DNA of 64,000 nucleotides. Origin: Paraspadella gotoi. Lineage: Eukaryota; Animalia; Chaetognatha. Under the pieces are notes generated by a model that saw only the letters and a program-made list of their open reading frames with translations, had not been told where the DNA came from and ran no database searches. The DNA lies in NCBI GenBank assembly GCA_051294375.1, contig CM119266.1:11881180-11945179 (forward strand). Direction: 5' to 3'. Below are positions 26,296 through 39,090 of this stretch, piece by piece. How positions within the stretch are numbered: position 1 is the stretch's first letter; the number at the start of each line of letters is the position of its first letter. The position numbers and the translations under genes are program-made.

Positions 26296-29200
26296 TCTCT
26301 CTCTTTTTCTCTCTCTCTCTTTCCTCGTGTTATGCGCTCTTTTACGATCGATCCCTCTTCTGGGGCATTCGGCGTTGTTCCATTTTCACTTAGCGGTTTT
26401 TAGCTACAAGTTCAACCGTTCAACATAAAAAAAAGAAAAAGAATGTCACGTTTAAATTAAGTTACTAAAAATAATGAATTCCATAATGGCAATGGTTATG
26501 CGAAATGACATTGTATCCCATTCAGAACCTTTCATCTTTCCGCCTATCACTAAACCACTCGGTCTTCAGGCGGGACAATGGGCAATAGCTTACTTTTCAA
26601 GCAATCCACTGCTTGCTACTTTCTCCTTCCCGACGATCAACTCATAATTGTTGCGCGGATTCCGCAGTCGCAGGAAATAATGGCATCGCGTCTCGGACCA
26701 CTTTTCTTTAACGATGCCATAAATCAATTTCTCTCTCTTTTTATCTCTCTACGAAAAGAATTTATTCATCGTTGTGAAAAAAGTTAGCTCAACGTTCGAA
26801 TAGTGAGAAGTCGCGTTCACCTTTTGTTTATTTTTGGTTTCTTCGCTTTTAAACTTTTTATTAGTCCTACCGTCTACTGATTACGTCACTCCTTGGCTTT
26901 TCGGCAACGTTTGCTTTAGAGGCTTCCAAGTCGCACTCCGAGCCGGGAACCAATAAAACCAGTCTTTCAGGTTCGAGCCAACGATCAGTAAACTCGTCCT
27001 TCTTTATTTTACCGCCGTGTTTCAGTTTTTAACTCTGGAGACTAAGCCGCAAGCTCAATGAACGACCGAATGTGTATATAAAGCCTAAATTTCGTAAAAA
27101 AATGTCAACCGATCAATTCGTCTCCTCTTAGATACGCGCAAAAACAAATCATTCGAGCGAATCAAGCTGAGCCCTATTTTATCAACCACATTTTCCTAAA
27201 CTTTGATTTAGCACTCAAACCAGAATACAACAAAAAACAATCCTTATAAAGTTTTAAGCGGAAAGCTTGGAAGATCAGCCAAAGCACTGTTGGAACGTGT
27301 CAATGTCAATTCGTGTCAGTTTAGTAATCGGGCAGTCCCCGCCATTGCGCATTGTAACTTATCTTGTTGTAACTTGTTCGCTTTCAGTTTGACCATCACA
27401 GTCGAACGAACGTCCTTAGTTATATGTGGTGAGACAGCCTGTACCGTATTCTAATATTTTATATTCTATATCAATAGTTTTCCGCCAGGTATCTATGAAT
27501 GGTCTATCCAAGTCACATAAGAGGATTTTAGCCCGTTTTTCAATTCATGCCATTAGTCTTTATTTCTATTTTAAAGATCGGTTTTCAGTTAAACCAGACA
27601 ACTCCAAGAGGAACGTCTTTGCGCCTAGGACTGGCTCCGAATATTTTCGTATGCGTTGGTTCGGTTTTATATTTATAGTTCCATCTAATTACAATTACAT
27701 GACACTTGGTTGGATTAAAAGGCAAAAAGTTTAAATTAATCAATCTCGTACTTATACGCAAACAACCTCAGAACCTGATAATCCTAATTTTTTTACTCGC
27801 CAATTTCTTCTCAACTCCTAATTCAATTAGTTGACCAAAAACGATTTCACCTAGGCAACCCAGACTTTCTATGTCCATTCAATCATATTTTTCTCTTCTC
27901 TCTCCGCTCTCGCCTTCCCTCTCTCTCCTTTATTTCAAATTGACGACGGAACGCACCAGAATGAATAATAGCGGCTCGTATCAACTTGACATTCATGATT
28001 TTTTCATTCTACGATTCGTCCGGCACGAACACGGATGCTTTGCATGAGAACTTTTCGTCGTATACCTTCAGTTCAGTTTTTTTATACGGAGTTTCGACTT
28101 CGACCCTCCTCCGTATATAAACCCTCGGCCAATGAGAAGCTTCGGCGAGAACACGAGTCGCTCTCCTGTTGGTTCGCAGGGTTGACATGTACTAGGCGAA
28201 GCGAGAGAGAAGAGGGAGAGAGCAGGGATTGAGAGAAGGAGCAAGCCATTCTTTGCAACATCCAAGACATCGTGGCTCCCCTGGCTGTCTCCTCTATGTA
28301 GGCTCCTCTCCCTTCGGTTCGGGTAGACGTGCGTCAACGGCGAACTAACCCTGGCGCGTCATTAGTATTCGCTGTTCGCCGGTCACTTCGCCCTTTTGTC
28401 TGGTCCTCTTTTTTTCGGCGTTCCTCGGTCTCCCGCCCCGCGGCCTCATATTTCCTTCGCTCTGGCTGAATGACAAGGCTCAGAAGTCCTCAGCCTATGC
28501 TCTTGCTCATGAAGCGATCGCTCCGCCCCGGGAACTACTTTGTTTTATGTCGCCGGCGAACGGACGGCTGGAGAATGCGCAGTGTCGTTATGCGGCGTGC
28601 CGATGGTCTCAAGAGCGAAGTCCATCCTGTTACCGTGTTCCGCGATTGAGTTATTAATAATTTCTAACGTTATGAATGAATAATAATGAATTATAATGAT
28701 CATGACGCGGTCGAAGGCTGGATCTGCTTCATTTGCTCGATGTCCTGGTGTGGCGGGAATCGGTCCGTCGCGTGGACTGCGGTTATAGTGGTCAGAAATA
28801 ATGAAGGAGAGCAGAGATTACGAATTTGTGAATACGATACATTCCCAAGTCTCAGAGCGAGATTCGTTCTCTCCGCCCCGCCGCCGACTGCACCCCCCGA
28901 GCATGAAAAATCTCACAACACCTTGAAACATGCAGTGATCTTAACCTGTTGGGTGATCCGGACCCCGCGCGCGATTGTCGAAACAGAATCGATGGGCGAA
29001 ATCACAAACTGACGTTCCGGACTGAATTACGGAAGGATCGCGTGGCTCTACTCTCGTCTCTCTCTCTCTCTCGGTCTCTTCTCTCATCATCCTCTCTCCA
29101 TGATCCTCCTCTTTCTCTCTTTTGTCTCCTCGTGCGATCTCTTCGGAGGGTGCCGGACTGGTCCTCGGATCTCCGACGTCAGTTGACTACTTCCGACTTC

Positions 29201-32195
29201 TCACCCTCAATCAGTTGTATAGAGCTTGCACGATCCCACACGAAGCCTGAATTTTTTTTCTTTTCTCTTTTTTACATCGCATTTTTTTCAACGACCGACT
29301 CGATATTATAATCAATCTTTTGCCTAGCTCTCGGCGAAGTTTTAAAATTGATACTTGAAAATTATCATCTGTTTATCTCCTTTCAAATATCACAAATAGG
29401 CCTTTCATATATCTTATCTACGTGTGAAATGTTTGTGAAAACGAGGTGAATTTCAATGTTTAATAAAACGCGCCTTTCCCCCGGCTTCCCGTCCTCACGC
29501 GAGGCCTTTTTCGAAAACAAGAGAAGGACGATTTGATTTAAATAACTCTAGAGTGCTTTTCACAACTAGAAATATTCTTTTTATTTTCGTATTATATTTT
29601 CTTTTACTTCTTGTTTTCTTGATTTTCCATATCTGTCTGGAGATTTGGATTATACTTTTCCTTTCGAATTGTCTTGCGCGAAATTCTTCATTCGAGAAAA
29701 GTGTTGGTATTTCCACTTCGAAACCCAGGTTTATTTTACTTTTTCTATAATTGTTGAATTTGACTGAGAGGGCCACGTGATAACAGTGCTACCTTGATTC
29801 ACACAGGAATCTTTTTTTCTTTTTCTAGAAATCTTCGGACTACATATTTAATTTTCTGTTAAAGAGAGAACCGCTGCAAACATCGTATTGTCGATTTTAC
29901 ATGGCAGCGTGCGATCTTTATACATATATTTTCGGTAATTCATATAGAAGCTTTTTATGATACCTCTTATCTCACTCCCTTCGGAATGAAATGCGCTAGA
30001 CTAGTTGGATTATCACTGCTTCTTAACTAAAAAACACGCTTTCTTCGCCCCGTGTCCAGCCCCACACCCACTAACTCCTTAACCAACAACCAACAACCCT
30101 TAAATGTATGAAGCACCACCTAATACCATCCACATCTGTAGAAATAGTTCCGCCAACCACTTTTAATATATAGGTACTCATCCTTTTCCTTTTTTTTTCG
30201 TCACACTTTCCATTCTACAACTACTTATCAGTCGAACGCACAGTCACCGACGTTTTAAAAGCTTCAACACCGTAAAATACTCTTCCAAACGCTCTATCTT
30301 CCGATTTCCACATCTCATCTACCGACGCTTGCCTCCACACCTCTAGACAGATTCGGTCGCCCCCTACTTTTCTAAAACCCACCTAATCAATTCTTCGCCG
30401 CATACAGCGTTTCAGGTTCATCCACACTTGGTGTACTTATTATTGTCTTTCTGCTCCAGCAATCGATGCCGATCGAGCCCTTGAAGAAAATGTGAAAGGG
30501 GTGGTAGGCTGATGTTCGTTCGTCTCATCGATTAACCTATTTCGGTTGCGCTCCTTTCGCCATCACTCCTTACCACCTTCTCCGTGCAACACGCAACAGA
30601 CCAACCATCTGCGAATCAAGGAAGCAACGAATACTAAGATGCCTTAGTAAAAAAGAACACGTGATTCACCGTCGTCGTCGTCGTCGTTTCTGCTGATTAT
30701 TTCGTTCGCGACGCCGACGCCAAGAAAAGCCCCTTTCAAATCGAACCAAAGAAACTTTTTTGATTCAGACTCGAATTTAGAGAGAAAAGATTACATTCTT
30801 TAAACCGTAAATCGGACTCTTCACAATCGGGGCCAGGCGTCGAAATCTCATGTGCAGGCGCGCCGTCAAAAGAAAAAAAAAAATTATCGTCAGAACTAGA
30901 AAATATCCGTTTTTATAATTCTCCTTTTTGAGTTTTTTTTTTTTTTCGCTTAATTTCGTTCGTAAATATTAAAAAGTACAGAGAGAATGTGAAACAAGCC
31001 GTCAATCTTCCTCTCGTTCTTCGATCGCCTCGCCCCGTGCAAGGCTATTTTTGAATGTACCACTTATTTGCCTCCGCCCAACTCGCATTTGGCCTCACGT
31101 CGAATTCACTCTTCTCTTCCCCTACTTCCGACCAAAGTTATCCTTTCTGTCCAAGTCTTTTTAATTCGTCCCTTCCAAAAATGTTTAAAAAGTCAACCTT
31201 GCCTTTCGCGAATCCACTCGCGAAAACTTTCTTCAAGTAGCTTTTTTCCTTATGGTGGCCTTTCTTTTGAATTCCCCTGAGCCTAAGGTCTTTTTCTCGG
31301 CCTAACTTTTTCTATTGATGATATCCAAAACAGAAGGAGGGGACCTACAAAAATATTGCCGTTCTAGTGACTGATTGGATTACCAATAACCTCATAACCC
31401 AGAAGAGAGCACGGGCCGAAATGGGTAGACGCGGTCGGTTCACTTTATCACTTAAGGCGGGGTTGATCTTAGTCTTAAACACCTGTGAAATAAGTAAACC
31501 ACAGAAGAGAGTACAATAAAACAGTTCCATAAAGAAAAAAAGAAAAAGAAGAGGATTGGATAACAACAAGCTTCGATAGAGCATGACGATCTATTCTCGA
31601 CCTCCTCGATATCACACTATTCATTATCGGTTCCCATACATCGTCGAATAATAAAAAAAAGGATGCAGTTGCTAAATAGGCAACTGCCGCCTCCCTACGA
31701 ACAACAACATCTGACGAAACAAGCAGCGGCGTCGCACCGAGCAACTGACGATGAGTCCTTCGTCCCGGTGACTGCAAGCGAATCGAGAAAAATCTTCTTC
31801 TCTCGAGAGGAATCAAGTTTCCAAAGATGTACGAGTCTTCGAACCCTCACTACTTAGTCATACCGACGGTGTCCAGCAGGTTTGTGGCTTTTTAAATAGG
31901 CGTGCGATCTCGTGCAGCTCTGGGGGGTCTGGTAGAGTTTGGAAAGGGTGTTGTTTGAACCCGCAGATGTTAAACACGGAATGAAATGGGGCGCTTGTTA
32001 CAAGCCCAGACCTACAGCATATTTCAGTAACGTTTTCTTCACGTCAAGCACACCTGTGGCAAGCTGTGCCTTCTTTTGTCTCTCTTTCTTTTCGACTAAT
32101 CTCTATTTTATCATTTTAATTGTAAAAATTCTCGCTTGAAGTACACCTTGGCATCGCACAGATCATATGTGGCAAGTGCAGGATGAAATTCTAAC

Positions 32196-32339
32196 TTCAC
32201 ACTTCGCATTGTTGAGGGCAAAGAAACTGAAACAATTTGCTGTGAAGTCAAGGATATCGGTCCACATAACGATTCTCATAATTGAATACTTAGAGATTTG
32301 CTAACCCTTCAAGAACATCAATTGAAATTGGAAGTCTAG
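32196..32339 (+). pseudogene. Possible decayed retrotransposon aspartic-protease fragment
   Basis: The frame FTLRIVEGKETETICCEVKDIGPHNDSHN*ILRDLLTLQEHQLKLEV* loosely resembles the C-terminal 'V.DIG..D.ILG.D.L..H' part of Ty3/Gypsy retropepsins. No catalytic D(S/T)G motif was seen. Confidence 0.2.
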
Positions 32340-33859
32340 TTTCGGGGCCTTCTGTGCTGCACCATCATGAGACCCTTCCTCCCTCTCGTAATTTCCGCAA
32401 GTCAGGTTAAGATCCCTGACAATCGCAAGCGTCATGACCCCAAATAAACCGAGCGATGGTAGATTTTGGGTAAACCCCCTTTTCATACTGTCAACGCGAA
32501 ACAGAATCGAGTTTTTTGTCGTCGCCTAGTCTTGGCCCATCTGCATCGTAACAATCGGGTGAATTATGGTGGAGAAAGCTGTTTGAGGAAAGAAATAAAG
32601 AGAGAGAGAGAAAGACAAGAGAGAGAGAGAGAGCAGAGAGAGAGAGAGAGAGATGAGAGAAGAGAAGAGAGAGAGCAGAGAAGAGGAGAGAGACGAGATT
32701 GACGAGAGAGAGAATGAGTTCCGACTCGGTGTCATATAATTCTTTATACCATCTCCTGAGAGAGAGAAAGAGAGAGTCGAGCCCGAGACACGGTGTCATT
32801 AAATCAATCGACTGTTGCCCCTCATCCCGTCTCCACGCAGAGTCGGTGGAGAATGAGCCGGCCGCGAGGACGTTTGTTATCCCTGGCGATCATGAGAACC
32901 TCGAATGAATCAATCACCTCCCTGAGAAAGACGGCCTTCTTTCTCTCCTGGTCTCTCGCTGACACTAATGCTCGAGAGAGCGTCTGGAAAGTTTTCAGAT
33001 CGAATGAAACAATTAATTGCGAACATATGCGGCGAAATGGGTCGACGTCAAGTGAGAAAGTCTATTTCTGAGAAAATCACTTCTCGTCCAAGAGATTTAG
33101 GTGAGNNNNNNNNNNNNNNNNNNNNNNNNNATCGATAAACGAACTTTGATATGTGGATCGCATTTAAATGAGAACCATGATTATAGATAATATATTATTT
33201 TCGTAATCTCACCTTAATTAGTAGATGTTTAAATTAGTTTAATCCCTGTTAAAACTTCTGTTTCAATTATCTTTTTCTTCAAATTTATTTTCTGAGGAAG
33301 AAGACTTATATCGCAACGGTAATGTTTATTGAGGAAAAGTCCCTGGCCGGAATAGTATTAGAAAAGAAGGAAGTTAGTAGAACTCGAGAACCGCGGAGAG
33401 TGGACTAAAAAGGAACGGATCATCGGGAGAGGGAGGGGAAGAGGAGGATGAGGATCGAGATTTTATTTTTATTTTTTTAATTTTCCTTTTGGCCGCTAAA
33501 AATTCCAAAGAACCTTTTTCCTCGCGGAGATTTCTTCGTTTTGCGACGACGGGAGATTTTTAATGCCTTTTCTCGTAAGAGATAAAAAGAGGAGAAGAGG
33601 AAAAATGAGGAAGAAGAAGAATAAAGAAAGGAAAAGAAAAGAAAAGAAAAAAAGGAGGAAGAAGACAGATTAAGAAACGAAAGGTAGGGAGGAAGACAGG
33701 AGGCGGGAAAGAGATTTAAATATTGCCGGAATTAATAACTCTCTCTCTCTCTCTCCTCTCTCCTCTCTCTCTCTCTTCTCTCAGCTCTCTCCTCACGGCA
33801 AACGATTATAGGGTGGGATTAAAGAAGATCTCGATCGACGCTAGCATAGAGATAGGACG

Positions 33860-34838
33860 GAAGAAAGGAGGGAAAGGGTGAAAGGGAGGAAGAGGAAGAA
33901 AGATAAGAAGAGACGAGTTAACACTAATTCTCCCTTCAGACTCCTACATAGGAAGAAGAAGTGAGGAAAGAAGTGGAAGGGGAGGAAGAAAGAAGAAAGC
34001 AGAAGTAAAGAAGACGTAACACGAGTTCCCTAGTCCAATAGAGAAGAAAGGGAGGAAGAAGGTGGAAAGGGAGTAAGAAGAAGAAAGAGAAAATTACAGA
34101 CGTTAACACAATTACTCCCTCAGACTCCAGATAGAAGAGGAAAGGAGGAAAGAAGGTGAAAGGAGGATAGAGGAAGAAGGAAAAGAAGACGTACCGACTC
34201 TCCTCAGCTCCAGCTAGAAGAAGAAAGAGAAAAGAAGTTTGAAAGGGGAAGGAGAAGAAATAAGGAAGTAAGAAGACGGTAACACGAATTCACCCTCAGA
34301 CTTCCAGTAGTGAAAGAGAAGTGGAGGAAAAGAAGGTAGAAGGAGAAGAGGAAGAAGAGAGAAGAGACGTAACGAATCTCCCTCAGGACTCCAGATAGGA
34401 AGAAGACAAGGAGGAAGAAGGTGAAAGGGAGGAAGAGGAAGAAGAGAAGAAAAGAAGACCGGTAACACGAATCTCCCTCAGACTCCAGCATAGGAAGAAG
34501 CAGAGGAAGAGTGAAAGGAGGAAAGGAGAAAGAGAGAAAGAACATAACACGAATCTCCTCAGACTCCAGTAAAAGAGCAAGTTGAGACAGAAGGAAAGGC
34601 GAAGGAAGGAGAAGAGAGAAAGACACGTAATCACGAATCTCATCAGACTCCAGATAGGAGAAGAAAGGAGGAAAGAAGCGTGAAGGAGAAGAGACGAGAG
34701 AAAGAAGAGCGGGTAACAGCATCTCCCGTCGAGACTCCAGATAGGTAGAAAGAAAAGGAGGAGAAGAAGTGGAAAGGGAGGAAGAGGACAGAAAGAAGAA
34801 GAAGACCTGAGTTAACACGAATCCCCTCAGACTCCAGA
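33860..34838 (+). repeat. ~90-bp purine-rich minisatellite, 11 units
   Basis: Core TAACACGAATCTCCCTCAGACTCCAGATA recurs at ~33919, 34017, 34104, 34192, 34280, 34370, 34463, 34545, 34628, 34714 and 34813, separated by homologous GAA/GGA-rich segments. Confidence 0.9.
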
Positions 34839-35451
34839 TTTCTTCCGCTTCGTCCCCTGCTCTGATCGATCTGTCGGGGTCCTGTGACGTCTACGTCCAC
34901 TCGCGATTTTGTGTTTTCTGTCTGTCGTTTGTTGTCGCTGCTTCTCCTCGTCTCTGCTCTCTCTCCTCTCTCTCTCTCTCTTCTCTCGTCTCTGGTCTCT
35001 CTCTCTCTCTCTCTTCACAGAAGGCCATTTTTCTCCTCAGTCTTTCCGCATTGTTTTTTAATTGCCTCTCACTGTCCGGCGGCGCAGGCGCCGAGCGTGC
35101 TAATTTGTCTTCTGCCAGCTGCGCGCTCGTCGGAAACTTCGTCTTTGTTTTTTTACATCTTCTTCTCGTCGTCGTCGTCGTCGTCGTCGTCTGCGTCTCT
35201 CATATAACATTGTTATGGCCTCTCTCCATAATCCATTTTATCATCTTTGTCAATTTTTTCATTTAAATTACCATCGCTGATTCTTAGTGAGTACTCTCTC
35301 TCACTCATCAGACCCGTAATATCACAAAATTATTAAACAGTTACATGAATCATTGTAATTAATATTCATTCTCCGGGTCATATTTCGCAAGCCGTTTTTA
35401 AACTCCGTTTTAATCCTAAACATTATACCATATATACGTCATTATTATAGC

Positions 35452-35521
35452 AGCAGCGTGGCGCAGGGAGCGTTGCTGGGCCTATAACCCACGAGGTCGA
35501 ATGTCGAAACATCCGCTGCTA
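35452..35521 (+). tRNA. Degenerate initiator tRNA-Met-like gene or pseudogene (anticodon reads TAT)
   Basis: AGCAGCGTGGCGCAGGGAGCGTTGCTGGGCCTATAACCCACGAGGTCGAATGTCGAAACATCCGCTGCTA follows the eukaryotic tRNAi-Met pattern: AGCAGCG/CGCTGCT acceptor stem with A1-U72, TGGCGCAG A-box, GGG/CCC anticodon stem and TCGAAAC T-loop. It carries several small indels. Confidence 0.8.
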
Positions 35522-36983
35522 TTCATTTAATAGACACACCTCAATGATATGTGTACTATATTGATAGATATCCTATCTGTTCATGCGTCTAAAATATTGA
35601 TTGTCTTTTAAAAGCCAAAGTGAGAATTCTTAATAGGAGATGGCGAAAAAACATCAGCATTTCAGTAATATCACTTCTACAATTCTTTTTCTCTTCATTC
35701 TATTGTCTTTTTTAATCACGTCGTCTTATTTATCACGTGACCTAATACTCTGCAACGTCGACGACGTCATTTGTATTTCTCAAATGTCGTCGTCTTCATC
35801 GTTGTTGTTCTTGTCGTTGTTGTAATTGTCAACATCATTCCGCCTCTTTTTGACGTGAACGACTTCGATGCTGCCATCTGCGACGAAGACGTCTTTCGCA
35901 ACGTTGAATTTTACGTCCTCGTTATTTTTCGCTGTTTGACGCGTCGGTGGTCTGTCTCCGTCGTTAATTTCTTTCATAATTCGACATTAATCGTCGTTCC
36001 AATTGTGACCGTTCTACCGTTTTACTTTACGGAGTTTTAAGTTCCGTTGTATACAGTTCGAAGAATTGTAGACATCGTCATGATTGACTCCGTTTCATAT
36101 TTTTCATCTGAGGTTAATTTTTTTCATTCCTCCTTCTTTACTGTACTTTCCATCCAAAGGGCGTCTATGAGACGCAGTCCAAATGGCGCGAAACCATCGT
36201 GCATCTTGTATGCTTGACGTCCTCTCCTCAAAGTCTTAATGCGAAGACACTGCGGGGGCGTACAAACCATAAGATATCTTTAGCACCACCGACGCAGCCG
36301 CTTCAGCCGCTTCAGCCGCAGCCGTTGCCGCCAACGCCGGCGTCGCAGCCGCTGCCGCTGGCGATATCCTCGGCGACGCGTCATTTCCTCCACCCACGTA
36401 GCGACGCCGTTGGATCCATCAATGTCGATGAAAGACTCTTTGGTTTTCCAGGCGACGTGGAACTTGATCTAAAAAAAGGCGGTTCGCTTGAAATTAACCG
36501 CCAAAAATGTAATATAATTGAAATTAGTGAATCGCCAGGGTCGATAAAAAACGGGCACCATATATATCCTCTGGCAGCATTAAGGCAGTTATAAGTTAAT
36601 GCGCATTTTGTTAACCAATTTCTTCAAGACTTTCTCTTTTCTTCTCAGTCTTTTAGAGTGGAAGCCCCTAATTAAAACCAGGGGACGTCATTGCGCGTCG
36701 TTCGACTCTCAATAGGCGAACGGGTGGATCGCGTGGGCGTCTTCCGCTCTTTGAATCTGTCATCGATTTTAGTCGACGGCAGAGATTAACCGGTGGGAGG
36801 GAGAGAGGGTATGCAAAGGTGGGGAAGGGGGTGGAGGGAGATGGGGGTAAGGGAGTGGGGTGAGGTAAGTGAGGTTGGGAAAGGGAAGAGGAGAGAGCGT
36901 AGGGTAAGAACGGAAAGGGTTTTTATCGGATCGCCGACTCCTAACGGCGACCGCGAAACTAATACCATAAAAGAAAAGATGGG

Positions 36984-37606
36984 TATATAGTAAGGCGTAG
37001 TGAAAGTTACATACGAAAATTCTAAAAGTCAATTATGAACAACATACCATCAGTGAACATTAATTTGTAAAAAAATTAATTTTATGTTTTTTAATTTCGC
37101 AGTAGGCTATATTTATATATAGTACTATCCTTATAAAATCGAAAAATTTCAAAATAGGCTTTTCTTAATTTTAATTGCAGATTTGAATTCCTCGTCAAAA
37201 GTTGATAAAGAAAATATAAATCATTTTTAAAATTCTTTCATTAAGTGGGTTAAAAATTAAAAAACTATATTTAATATATAAAAAGTTAAATTTCAGTTTA
37301 AAATATAGCTTTTTCTAATTTTTTGACCCACTTAATGAAGGAATTTTTCAAAAAAGAGTTATATTTCTTTTTATCAACTTTTTATGACGAATCTGAATCT
37401 GCAAAAAAATCTTAGAAAAAACTGTTTTGAAATTTTAACATTTATTGGTTTAGTACTAGTATAAATATGGCCTACTGCGTAAATTGTAAAATTTATTATA
37501 AATTTTTTTATTACATAAATGTTCATTAGTATAATGTTGTTCGTTCCTCACTTTTAGAATTTTAATTAAAGTTAAATTTAGAAATTTTACTACGCCTTAG
37601 TATATA
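36984..37606. mobile_element. Foldback/palindromic MITE-like element (~620 bp)
   Basis: Imperfect inverted arms along the whole length: TAAGGCGTAG (36991) vs CTACGCCTTA (37590-37599); CGCAGTAGGC vs GCCTACTGCG; AAAAGTTGATAAA vs TTTATCAACTTTT; TTAAGTGGGT vs ACCCACTTAA. Centre ~37273-37298; TATATA at both flanks. Confidence 0.8.
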
Positions 37607-37974
37607 GTATATGGACCCAAAGAGGAGTAGGGGCAGTTCACGCTGATTTCTGGTTTCGCGGAGGACGTTGAACTCTCTCTCGTTCCGCCGACTTCTCGCA
37701 GAGATGCTAATTCGACGGTGAGGATTTGGCTCTAAGGCGCTGCGGTCACAGACGCGATGTGACTAGATAACAACGGCCAAGTTAAGAGGAGTTGCGGAAG
37801 AATGTTTCGTTTCTAAAATGTTCTATGGAGAAAATGGAATATTGTGCATTCGAACCGTTTATAATATTCTTGAGATACAGACAGACTGACAATTGAAGGA
37901 GGTAGTTCGCGGTGTCAAAATCCGAGTCTCCAGCGTCAAGTCTATTTCGGTGGAAATGATCGTTGGCACGCCTG

Positions 37975-38036
<62 letters not shown>

Positions 38037-38195
38037 AGAATGACGTTGAAAATTGTGACGCTTTTCCACTTTCCAGTCTCGACTTTTTTTCCCGGCTAAA
38101 TTCGACAGCTCAATCTAGTAACCGAAACGGAATTACGAATATCGATCAAGATAACGGAAGGGTTAAGAGAAAAAGAATCTCAATAAGTAAAGGAC

Positions 38196-38224
38196 GCGTG
38201 GGTTCGAATCCACCGCTGCCACCA
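38196..38224 (+). pseudogene. 3' fragment of tRNA-Leu followed by CCA (or a tRNA-Leu primer-binding-site-like sequence on the minus strand)
   Basis: GCGTGGGTTCGAATCCACCGCTGCCA+CCA matches the 3' end of eukaryotic tRNA-Leu (…GCGTGGGTTCGAATCCCACCGCTGCCA) with one base missing. No 5' half is directly adjacent. Confidence 0.65.
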
Positions 38225-38350
38225 CATTTAAGGAAATATTTCAGGGGTGAAATCAATTGAGGTTATATTTCTGAGAATAAAGGTGACGGTGAGACTCACG
38301 CAGAGTCTTGATCAATTCTACTGAAACTAAAACAAGCTAGGTCTATTTAT

Positions 38351-38774
38351 ATGAAATTGTACAACCAATATAAAAATTATCCATTCATTTAATAAATAAG
38401 CTATCTTGCCCCTGACTTTGGACAGGCTTTGGTGGTTTAAGGCCTCCATCACTCTTACAAGATAATGACATAGCAGGTCCCTGCAAGCTTTCAATCAAGA
38501 CTCTCTCACAGTCTCGTTTATTCACTCCCAGAGTACCTGGCTTCCCTATCAATGAAGTGGTATATATTTCAAAGAATGTTTCAATTGTATGAAAAGACCA
38601 CTCCCTTAAGTATTAGATTGGGGAATACTTATTGTACTCCGCACTAACATCAAAATACAAGGAGCTGAATTTTATGAAATTGGTACAACCAATATAAAAA
38701 TTATCCATTCATTTAATAAATAGCTATCTTGCCCCTGACTTTGGACAGGCTTTGGTGGTTTAAGGCCTCCATCA
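38351..38774 (+). repeat. Two direct copies (38351-38464, 38674-38774) of a ~115-bp dispersed repeat also at 13315-13431 and 20173-20287
   Basis: Shared sequence ATGAAATTGGTACAACCAATATAA..TTATCCATTC..GCTAT.TTGCCCCTGACTTTGGACA.GCTTTGGTGGTTTAAGGCCTC. Confidence 0.9.
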
Positions 38775-38994
38775 TATCTAAGATAGAGGATCGGCGACGT
38801 GGGGAGATTTTACAGTTCCAATGATTCTGCAAGCTGATTGGTCGATTCCGGTTCCATGCTTGACCAATCAGGATTCGGCGATTCCATTTCCGCGGAGATC
38901 GCCCGAGTCTAAGATCCGATTTGCTTTTGGTTGCTTGATACCCCTGCGATGATAGAAAAGAAAGGGAAAAAAAAGAAAGAAAGAAAGAAAAATA

Positions 38995-39000
38995 GAAAAA

Positions 39001-39088
<88 letters not shown>

Positions 39089-39090
39089 AA
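38995..39090 (+). repeat. (GAAA)n microsatellite
   Basis: Long perfect tetranucleotide run. Confidence 0.95.

Noticed and set aside
33860-34838. Repeat-spacer (CRISPR-like) appearance
   Set aside because: The linkers are homologous low-complexity purine tracts rather than unique spacers.
35270-35320. Hammerhead ribozyme on the minus strand (CTGATGA + GTGAG..CTCAC stem)
   Set aside because: The stem is followed by TAAG instead of the essential GAAA, and no convincing stems I/III were found.
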